A DNA stretch of 64,000 bases, taken from NCBI GenBank assembly GCA_963662655.2, contig CAXXTU010000002.1:192001-256000 (forward strand), read 5' to 3'. The first letter of the stretch is position 1, and each line of letters opens with the position of its first letter. The notes beneath the pieces are model-generated. The model ran no database searches and was not told where the DNA came from. It worked only from the letters and a program-made list of their open reading frames with translations. The translations under genes and the position numbers were made by a program. Below, piece after piece: positions 56,862-64,000 of the stretch. The DNA comes from Candidatus Cloacimonadales bacterium (lineage in GTDB: Bacteria; Cloacimonadota; Cloacimonadia; Cloacimonadales; JAIOQZ01).

Positions 56862-57650
56862 TTATTTTCCAATATCGTTTGCCGTTTTCTGCAGGGTTGA
56901 ATCCGTGGCGGAGATAACCTTCTGGTTGGCCTGGAAATGACGTTGCACCGCGATCATTTCGACCATCTCCTTAACCACGACCACGTTCGAATCCTCCAGA
57001 TGTCCCTGGAGCACCCTCACATCCGTTTCGCTGGCGGAAACATTTTCCCCCTGGGGAAACATGACGCCGCCGCGGATGTGCATCAGCGTGTCTTCCGGGA
57101 AATCGCGGATCATGAGCTTGTTCACGACCACTCCGTCCTGCCCGAACTCGCCTTCTTCATTGATAAATACACTTCCGCCAGTGATTTGGATAGGCCCCGA
57201 TTCGCCCTGGACCATGTAGCCTTCGGATGTCACCAGATTTCCGTCCTGATCGATCTTGAACTGCCCGTCGCGGGTATAGCCAATACCGTCGGGCGTCTGC
57301 ACGGCGAAGAATCCCTTACCCGATATCGCGACATCGAGGGGATTGCCTGTCTGTTCGATTGGCCCCTCCGAGTAGTCTGTGTAGGTCGAGATATCGCCTT
57401 GCAGCTTGCGCAGTTGGCCGCGTTTGGTGCAGCAATCGCTGTTCTGCCACGTGAACGGGTGGTTGCGAATCTGCTTGAGCGTCATCTGGTTACGTTCGAG
57501 CGCTTGCTCCGCGCCAATAAGCTGCCGGAAGAAAACCCCCTGGCGCTTGTAGCCGTTCGTGTTGGCGTTGGCCATGTTGTTGGCCGTCACGTCCATGCGG
57601 TCGATGAGCAACTGCATCGAAGCCGAGTTCTGGTATAATCCTCTGACCAT
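56862..57650 (-). CDS. flgF: Flagellar rod protein FlgF
   Basis: ANNMANANTNGYKR, TGNPLDVAI, YTRDG, LEDSNV; ATG 57650 with GAGG RBS. Confidence 0.88.
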   Translation of the reverse strand: MVRGLYQNSASMQLLIDRMDVTANNMANANTNGYKRQGVFFRQLIGAEQALERNQMTLKQIRNHPFTWQNSDCCTKRGQLRKLQGDISTYTDYSEGPIEQTGNPLDVAISGKGFFAVQTPDGIGYTRDGQFKIDQDGNLVTSEGYMVQGESGPIQITGGSVFINEEGEFGQDGVVVNKLMIRDFPEDTLMHIRGGVMFPQGENVSASETDVRVLQGHLEDSNVVVVKEMVEMIAVQRHFQANQKVISATDSTLQKTANDIGK

Positions 57651-57675
57651 TTTGTTTACCTCTGTGCATCTATTT

Positions 57676-57692
57676 TGCATGAGCGGTGCCAA
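57676..57692 (-). promoter_or_regulatory. Sigma54 (-24/-12) promoter of the flg operon
   Basis: TTGGCAC-CGCTC-ATGCA on the - strand; GG and GC are 10 nt apart; ends 25 nt upstream of the ATG. Confidence 0.75.
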
Positions 57693-57980
57693 ATAAGTTT
57701 GCGCGATCGTAACATATTGTTATCATGTAGAATAAAAGATGTGCATGGAGAATCGTATCATGAGGGGGAGGAAAAAAATTCCGGCGGCTACAATCTTCAA
57801 CACCGGGGTGAATCCCCAGGCACAGCATTGCTATATTGCAGCGAGTTGTGAGGTTTGTAACATCTACTTATATTGAGAGATGTGTGGCATTAACAAAGAA
57901 AAAACGAAAAAGAAGTTGACCCCTTTGCTGCCGTGGAAAACCTGCCATCTCGATGATAAATTATCGATAGAATAACGGAG

Positions 57981-58928
57981 GTGAAGGTGATAAAACATCG
58001 TATCTTTCGCAGTATCATACAGTATGCTGGAATCATTTGCGGAAGTATCCTTTTTGCAATGGGATACTCCTGGTTTCTGGTGCCATATAAGCTTGTCCCC
58101 GGCGGCGTAGGCGGTATCGGGCAGATTTTCTACCACTTGCTGGGAATCCCGATGGGTATCAGCATGATCGCCATCAATATCCCGCTGTTCATCATAAGCG
58201 TGATCATGCTCGGAAAGCACTTCGGGATCCGCTCTTTCTACGGCATGATGGTATCATCCGCGCTGACAGACCTTCTTGCGCTCAACAACCTTTACAAGTT
58301 CGGCATTGTCAAGGACCTCGCCCAGTACACTTTCAACATCGACGGTGAGATGATCTACGCAATGCTCGGCCCGGAAGATGTCTATCTCTCCGCGATTGCC
58401 GGCTCGGTTCTACTCGGCGTCGGCTTGGGCGTAATCTTCCGCTTCCGCGGTTCGACAGGCGGTACGGATATTCCCGTCGCGATCATCAAGCAGAAGACGG
58501 GGCTTTCGATCGGTACAGGTTACTGGCTGGTCGAGACGCTCATCATCCTGACGGTTGGACTCGTGTTCCACGATCTCAAGCTGATCATCTGGGGCTACGT
58601 GAACCTGTTCATCTCCACAAAGATCACCGATCTCGCGAGTGAAGGTCTTCCGTACGTGAAGGGCGTCTATGTAATCTCCGACTACGAGAACGAGATCAAG
58701 GACGCGATTTACGAGCGGTTAAATCGCGGCGTAACCATGATCCGGGCCCGGGGCGGATACACCAACAAGGAAAAAGACATCCTCTTCTGCTGCATGAACC
58801 GCCGGCAGGTACCCATGATTCGCGACATCGTGCAGGACATCGACCCAAAGGCTTTCATGATCGTTACCGACGTTCACGACGTGATGGGGTACGGATTCAA
58901 GACCAGGAATCTGGACTTGCAGCAATAA
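57981..58928 (+). CDS. YitT family membrane protein
   Basis: PGGVGG, NIPLF, GSTGGTD, RGVT, GGYT, DPKAF motifs. Confidence 0.92.
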   Translation: MKVIKHRIFRSIIQYAGIICGSILFAMGYSWFLVPYKLVPGGVGGIGQIFYHLLGIPMGISMIAINIPLFIISVIMLGKHFGIRSFYGMMVSSALTDLLALNNLYKFGIVKDLAQYTFNIDGEMIYAMLGPEDVYLSAIAGSVLLGVGLGVIFRFRGSTGGTDIPVAIIKQKTGLSIGTGYWLVETLIILTVGLVFHDLKLIIWGYVNLFISTKITDLASEGLPYVKGVYVISDYENEIKDAIYERLNRGVTMIRARGGYTNKEKDILFCCMNRRQVPMIRDIVQDIDPKAFMIVTDVHDVMGYGFKTRNLDLQQ

Positions 58929-58945
58929 AGTTTGTACATATCCAC

Positions 58946-58987
58946 AAAAAAAGCGATCCCCTTTTCCTTATGGAGAAGGGGATCGCT
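58946..58987. terminator. Terminator between convergent genes (strong U-tract for the - strand)
   Basis: aaaaaa-agcgatccccttttcc-ttat-ggagaaggggatcgct. Confidence 0.8.
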
Positions 58988-59007
58988 ATATATGCTCATA
59001 AAGTCAA

Positions 59008-59263
59008 TTACTTAATCAACACCACCTTCTTTACCACCGTGCCGGCTTCTGTGACGATGCGCGCGAAATAGACTCCGGATCCCACCGGGCGGTTGTTGTC
59101 GTCGCGGCCGTGCCAGGTTACGCGGTGGATGCCCGATTCCATGCGCTCGTCGGTGAGTGTGCGAACGCGCTGGCCGCGGATGTTGTAGATATCCAGCGAT
59201 ACGCGCGAAGGCTTCTCCAGCGCGAAGGCGAAGGTCGTCTCGGGATTGAACGGGTTGGGGTAG
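59008..59263. repeat. 256-bp direct repeat, copy 1 (sorting-domain coding DNA)
   Basis: 11 mismatches and no gaps versus 61784-62039 by manual alignment. Confidence 0.95.
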
Positions 59264-61215
59264 ACGGAGAGGGAGCAACTGCAAACGGGCGCGATATCTG
59301 CATCATCGTTATCAACATGGCTATACTCGATGTACTCCGCGCCCACTCGGTTAACACAGACCATTCTGCTGTCGCCCAAAGGGAAGAGGCCGGTAATTGA
59401 ATCAGAGCAGTAGAAGCTTGTAACGAATTCCGGTTCGTTGCCACTTTCTATGAGCGGGGCGAGATTGTAGACATTGCATTCGTCATATCCGACGAATAGC
59501 AATTGATTCTCCTCATCGACACCCATGGGGCCGACGGGATCGAGCCCATACAGGCAGGAAGGATTCACGGGATCTGAGATATCGTAGATTGAGGTTTGCT
59601 CGCCGCGGAAGATGCCGCCGACGATCATGAAGCGGTCGATGAACTCGAAGCGCGGAAGCTCCACGTGAGCTATGTCGAAGGTGTTTACAAGCTCCATTGT
59701 CCCTTCTTGCGGGGCGTAAACGACAAAGATTTGGTCGTCGTTCGAGATGTACAGGTAATCGCCGTAGTTGTCGACAGAATAGATAAACGACTCGGGCAGT
59801 GGGATTTCGTCACGCAATTCGACGCCGTCATCCGATATGGTATAGCGATACAAGCGCCCTAACTCGCCAAGAATGAGTTCGTCGTCACTGCGTAAATGCG
59901 GCAGGCTGTTTTGTTGCACATCGAAGTAGGCGATTTCGCTCAATTCTCCATCCGCCGCCTCACGGTAGAGCTTGGTGGCCAGATGGCCGGAATTGCCTTC
60001 ATGCACGTAATATTGGTAGGCGAGTGTGTTTTCCGTGCAGGAACTCCACGCGCCGGAATAGCCGTCCGGTTCCGGCATGAGTCGCCTGAAGGGAACAGGC
60101 GGAGCGGGATTGCGAATATCGACTTGCACGAGGGATTGGTAGTAGGTTCCGAGATACAGGAAATCGCTATTGCAGGAATTATAGTCGAGGTAGCCATCGA
60201 GTGGAGCCTGAGCGATATCCAGCAGGTTCTCTCCGTTCCACTCGTGCACGGTGAGAAATCTGCCGGCAGTGATGATATTGCCTTCAGAACACTCGATGTC
60301 CCAAACTCTATCCAAATCAGTCTGATATCTTAATTGTGGCTGTGCTGGAGCACTTACGTCGAGCCCGAGCATCTCAAGTTCGCACAAAATGTGTGCCACA
60401 TTGCCGTTGTCAATTACGAAACTCAATAAGTCTCCATCATAACGCCAGATTTCTACGGGTGCGTCATGATCGGTTATGTTATAAAGGCTGATGAACTCCT
60501 GGTACGCAGAGAAGAGCAGATACTCACTACGGTTGTCACTAAGGAAGTTGTATTCGCAGCCAGCGTAGTAGCTGCCAATAGGAAGCGCAAATGATTCATG
60601 GATGTTCGTTGGGTCTGAAATATCGAAGACATGGGTTGTACATTCTGCACCATCGATAGTTTGTATAACACATTTACCATCCTCCGCATAAACCAGACTG
60701 CTGAATTGGTAAGGGATCGTGTAGCATGCGATCTCATCACTGAAATCGAGGGGATTAACGACATGACAGCGAAGATGAGATTCATGCATAAGTACTTCAT
60801 GTGAGAAAAGGAATCCATTGTCGAAAAAGCAAATGTCGCATCTCCACCACGAGATGGAATCTTCCAGAACAGGATATCCTGGATTGGTCAGATCGTATCT
60901 GGATAATCGTGTGTCAGATTGAATTAAAGGCACCAGCGAAATGAACAGTTTGCCATTCTCAATAAACACGGTACTTGCTGAAGGAATTTCGTTTGATATC
61001 GTATGCACCAGAGAGATACTATCATTTTGTAAACGGTATATCCCCACACCACCAAATCCACCAATGTAAATGAAATCCTGGTATCTGGCAATACTGTCGT
61101 GCTCTCCTTGCATGATCTGCTTCGAATAATACAGGTCGGTGGAAAATTCGATGCTGAAAGCGAAAACGTGTGTGGTGATGTAAACAAGAATGCCGATAAT
61201 GAATGTAATGCGCAT
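59008..61215 (-). CDS. Secreted beta-propeller-like (LVIVD-type repeat) protein with C-terminal T9SS-type sorting domain
   Basis: Repeats YDLTNP, FDISDP, LDVSAP, VDIRNP, YDISDP; signal peptide; YPNPFNP...VGSGVYF...KKVVLIK. Confidence 0.85.
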   Translation of the reverse strand: MRITFIIGILVYITTHVFAFSIEFSTDLYYSKQIMQGEHDSIARYQDFIYIGGFGGVGIYRLQNDSISLVHTISNEIPSASTVFIENGKLFISLVPLIQSDTRLSRYDLTNPGYPVLEDSISWWRCDICFFDNGFLFSHEVLMHESHLRCHVVNPLDFSDEIACYTIPYQFSSLVYAEDGKCVIQTIDGAECTTHVFDISDPTNIHESFALPIGSYYAGCEYNFLSDNRSEYLLFSAYQEFISLYNITDHDAPVEIWRYDGDLLSFVIDNGNVAHILCELEMLGLDVSAPAQPQLRYQTDLDRVWDIECSEGNIITAGRFLTVHEWNGENLLDIAQAPLDGYLDYNSCNSDFLYLGTYYQSLVQVDIRNPAPPVPFRRLMPEPDGYSGAWSSCTENTLAYQYYVHEGNSGHLATKLYREAADGELSEIAYFDVQQNSLPHLRSDDELILGELGRLYRYTISDDGVELRDEIPLPESFIYSVDNYGDYLYISNDDQIFVVYAPQEGTMELVNTFDIAHVELPRFEFIDRFMIVGGIFRGEQTSIYDISDPVNPSCLYGLDPVGPMGVDEENQLLFVGYDECNVYNLAPLIESGNEPEFVTSFYCSDSITGLFPLGDSRMVCVNRVGAEYIEYSHVDNDDADIAPVCSCSLSVYPNPFNPETTFAFALEKPSRVSLDIYNIRGQRVRTLTDERMESGIHRVTWHGRDDNNRPVGSGVYFARIVTEAGTVVKKVVLIK

Positions 61216-61239
61216 TGTAATCTCCGTGAACGTATTATT

Positions 61240-61265
61240 GGGAAGGAAACCGAAGTTTCCTTCCC
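61240..61265 (-). other. Intercistronic cUUCGg hairpin
   Basis: On the - strand gggaaggaaac-ttcg-gtttccttccc, not followed by a U-tract. Confidence 0.65.
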
Positions 61266-61280
61266 GCTATCTTGTACCTG

Positions 61281-61658
61281 TTAGGGTGTTTCAGGCTCGT
61301 CTCCCGTATCGGGAAGTTGTGGCCAGGTGCAGTAAATGTGAAGATATGTAGGTGATTCATTTGTGTATGGAGTTGACGAACTCCATGTATAATTTCCTAC
61401 AGTCACTGAGCCATAGACCATTGGATTGTCTCCGTAGTTGTGGAGTGTTGAACATGAAAGGGATTGGTGGGGTCCGTTCACAAAAGGATCGTTTCGGGTT
61501 TCTTGTGCATTGTTCGTAATTCTAGCTTTTACGGTGCAGTTGTTTGGGCCAATGCCAAGCGAGTAATGTACGACTATGCATACATCATGGTAAGCCAGTA
61601 ACGGCGTCAAGCCGATAACGAAAACTGCGAGTAACAAGATCGTTTTTGTGCGATTCAT
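61281..61658 (-). CDS. Small secreted Cys-containing protein (125 aa)
   Basis: AAGGAGG RBS, signal peptide ...PLLA|YH, four Cys, Pro/acidic tail. Confidence 0.8.
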   Translation of the reverse strand: MNRTKTILLLAVFVIGLTPLLAYHDVCIVVHYSLGIGPNNCTVKARITNNAQETRNDPFVNGPHQSLSCSTLHNYGDNPMVYGSVTVGNYTWSSSTPYTNESPTYLHIYCTWPQLPDTGDEPETP

Positions 61659-61686
61659 GAGAGCCTCCTTTTATTAAGATGGCTCA

Positions 61687-61717
61687 ATAATAATGCCCCC
61701 CCCCGAAATATTGTCAA
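61687..61717 (-). promoter_or_regulatory. Sigma70-type promoter with a G9 tract in the spacer
   Basis: TTGACA-atatttc-G9-cat-TATTAT on the - strand. Confidence 0.6.
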
Positions 61718-61783
61718 TAAATTTATTAATTAGTATGACAATTGTCTTTCAATCCACTATGTAATGCTTTTGCTTTTGCTGCT

Positions 61784-62039
61784 TTACTTAATCAACACCA
61801 TCTTTTTTACTACCGCGCCGGCTTCTGTGACGATGCGCGCGAAATAGACTCCGGATCCCACTGAGCGGTTGTTGTCGTCGCGGCCGTGCCAGGTTACGCG
61901 GTGTATGCCCGATTCCATGCGTTCGTCGGTGAGTGTGCGAACGCGCTGGCCGCGGATGTTGTAGATATCCAGCGATACGCGCGAAGGATTCTCCAGCGCG
62001 AAGGCGAAGGTTGTCTCGGGATTGAACGGATTGGGGTAG
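61784..62039. repeat. 256-bp direct repeat, copy 2 (sorting-domain coding DNA)
   Basis: ~96% identical to 59008-59263. Confidence 0.95.
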
Positions 62040-64000
62040 TTGGTTAGACCCAGCGAGACGAGCCAGGCAACCTCTTCGGGATCGGTCGAGCTCGGCGATT
62101 CATGGGGCGGGAAGTGGATCAGATCGACCCAGGCGCAGTCCTCGCCGTCAACAGCGCCGCCATCCTTCGTGTAGAGCCATGTGAAGGTATGATCGCCGGC
62201 CATCACCGGGCAAACCTTCTGACGCCAGTCGATGTCCCCACTCCACATGCCCATCTGGGTATCGTCGATGAAGAATCGAAGCTTATCGCAATCCGCTTCG
62301 GAGGAAACCTTGAAGTAAAACGATATCAGCCCTTCGTGGAGGTCTTGCATCGCGATGGTCAGACCGCTGCTGTCGTTGTTGCCGATCTCGCCGGAACGAG
62401 CGCAGGTTTCACCGGCATAACCGCCATCAGAAATCTGCCATTCCGCGTCGCCGGTAAATGCCCACGGCAACAGCGAGAAGTCTTCGAAACACTCATACAA
62501 TTCTCCGACGGGGATGTCGAGAATATACTCGAAGCTGTAGTCTCCCGAGTCCACCTCCATTCGGAACGATGCGATCGATCCCGGATCCATCTCCATGCTC
62601 GGCGTGATGATGAAGTACGCCGTGTCGAATTCACCGCTCCCGATCGAGTCGATTTCCGTTTCCTGCTCCTCGATCGTTGCTTGTCCGCTGAGCAGCGTCA
62701 GGCTCACCGTTGTCTCCGGCGATGTCGCGTGCCCTCTATTGGCGATGGTGACATTGAAGTATCCCGTTTCACCCGGGAATAAAATACCGTATCCATCTCT
62801 AGTCAGGTAAATGATTTCCCAGTAGTCGACCGTTAACTGCGGCGCTGCGAAGGTAAGAGTGAACGGGGAAGTCCACGCCTCGTGCTCCTCGAACACGATG
62901 TCGATCAACGCCGAATGTTGATCGGGAACGCCATTCATCGATCGGATGGTGAAGGCGTTCTCCACGATTGTGCTGTCACCTGGGTTCAGAGCCGGGAACA
63001 CTGCGCTCGATTGGGAAAGGTCGACGTACGCATCTTCGGTGGCGAGGGAAGCCGAGAGGATTCCACTTGCCGATTGCCCGATGTTCTTGATGCTGACATC
63101 GAGCGAGACTGCTTCCTGATAATCGATTGCATCATTGCCGGTCTCGTGCGGCGTTACCGCTTGAACGACGATCCACGATCCCATTACCTGCTCCACGCTC
63201 AATTGCTCCGATTGCGTGAGGATGTCGTTGCCCGAGATATAGAGGAAAAGGTCGTCCGTCTGCACGATGCTGCTATCGAAAAGGATGGCCGCGCTGCCGC
63301 CGGCGTTGGTGGTGGCGGTTCCCAGCAAGACTCCGTCCTGAACCACCGAACAGACAACGCCTACTACGTTTCCGTCATCCGCGGATATGCTGACCTGCAT
63401 CGAGGTTGCGCCGATCGGGAGCGGTTCATCGTATGTGGCGGTTATCGCTCGGGGAGCATCGCACCAGATGCTCATCGCGGGATCGCCCAGCACGGTGCAA
63501 TCGTAGAAGCACCAGCGCAGAGCTCCCTGTTCGTGCTGGCCCGGGGCGTTTACGAAGGGCGCGCTCATGATGCGCGATTCCATGTGAGCACGACCAATTT
63601 CGCGGATGCCGCCGTGGTAGAGGGCATCGACATACTCGCGGTGTAGATGCTGCGAGGGGCCTTCGAGCTGACCCTCGTTGAACCAGCCGAAGCGGGTGTT
63701 TCCCACGTAGGATGCCGCGAGATTGTCGATCAGCACCATCCGCTCGCCGATGCAGTCTTCTTCGTCGAAGGCGGCGGATATGCAGCCGTGCGAGTAGATG
63801 TTCGTGTAATTATGGTCGGTGCCGTTGACGTTGCTGAAGTTGTTGTTGGTGATCTGGAGAGTCGTCAGCCGCATGTTGTAATTGTAGTTTGAGTGCCCGG
63901 CGTGATGGATGTAGGGATGCCCATCGTTGATTTCGTTGATCAACCGGGAACTGCTCCACTGCCCCTGGTCGCGGTCGTATAGCGTTTCGTAAGGACTGTC
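61784..64000 (-). CDS. 5'-truncated gingipain-like C25 family peptidase with Ig-like domains and C-terminal sorting domain
   Basis: HHAGHSN (His), YSHGCIS (Cys), GNTRFGW, VLGDPAM; frame appears to continue past the window edge. Confidence 0.88.
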   Translation of the reverse strand, partial: DSPYETLYDRDQGQWSSSRLINEINDGHPYIHHAGHSNYNYNMRLTTLQITNNNFSNVNGTDHNYTNIYSHGCISAAFDEEDCIGERMVLIDNLAASYVGNTRFGWFNEGQLEGPSQHLHREYVDALYHGGIREIGRAHMESRIMSAPFVNAPGQHEQGALRWCFYDCTVLGDPAMSIWCDAPRAITATYDEPLPIGATSMQVSISADDGNVVGVVCSVVQDGVLLGTATTNAGGSAAILFDSSIVQTDDLFLYISGNDILTQSEQLSVEQVMGSWIVVQAVTPHETGNDAIDYQEAVSLDVSIKNIGQSASGILSASLATEDAYVDLSQSSAVFPALNPGDSTIVENAFTIRSMNGVPDQHSALIDIVFEEHEAWTSPFTLTFAAPQLTVDYWEIIYLTRDGYGILFPGETGYFNVTIANRGHATSPETTVSLTLLSGQATIEEQETEIDSIGSGEFDTAYFIITPSMEMDPGSIASFRMEVDSGDYSFEYILDIPVGELYECFEDFSLLPWAFTGDAEWQISDGGYAGETCARSGEIGNNDSSGLTIAMQDLHEGLISFYFKVSSEADCDKLRFFIDDTQMGMWSGDIDWRQKVCPVMAGDHTFTWLYTKDGGAVDGEDCAWVDLIHFPPHESPSSTDPEEVAWLVSLGLTNYPNPFNPETTFAFALENPSRVSLDIYNIRGQRVRTLTDERMESGIHRVTWHGRDDNNRSVGSGVYFARIVTEAGAVVKKMVLIK

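Noticed and set aside
61290..61320. LPDTG as a sortase LPXTG signal in the 125-aa protein
   Set aside because: Not followed by a hydrophobic helix and basic tail, and the organism is diderm.
59008..62039. Diversity-generating retroelement TR/VR pair
   Set aside because: Seven of 11 differences are at coding-strand A in one copy, but four are not. Most are transitions, both copies are in-frame gene ends, and no reverse transcriptase is in the window.

Overview
Chromosomal region of a diderm, probably anaerobic bacterium (lpxB, LptF/G permease, GT9 heptosyltransferase, TonB-dependent receptor). Six proteins end in a T9SS-type/FlgD-Ig C-terminal sorting domain ('PNPF...I.IYN.KGQ.V..L...W.G.D...VASGxY'), and two of them are gingipain-like C25 proteins. 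This pattern suggests Candidatus Cloacimonadota or a related FCB-associated lineage (inference). Most of the window is housekeeping: add, groES-trxA, uppP-holA-era, serC, tsaA, phosphomannomutase, rdgB, rpsO-pnp-ahcY, hflKC, ugd, tadA and tRNA-Ser(CGA). There is also a sigma54-driven flgF-flgG-flgA-flgH operon, a hybrid kinase/PP2C regulator pair and a small AT-richer accessory patch at about 41-44.5 kb. I saw no transposase, integrase, reverse transcriptase or CRISPR array. The main unexplained structure is non-coding: five dispersed copies (80-182 bp) of a rod-like palindromic element with a conserved basal stem, compensatory base changes, strand-asymmetric G.U and tandem G.A pairs, and a variable tip. 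Twice it is paired, in the same order and orientation, with a second repeat family of 9-nt period. Also notable are a 256-bp, ~96% identical duplication of the sorting-domain DNA that brackets a two-gene cassette with a G9 tract in its predicted promoter spacer, a C25 protein apparently lacking the canonical catalytic His, and a groES without groEL behind a CIRCE-like operator. All alignments and folds were done by eye; no database searches were run.
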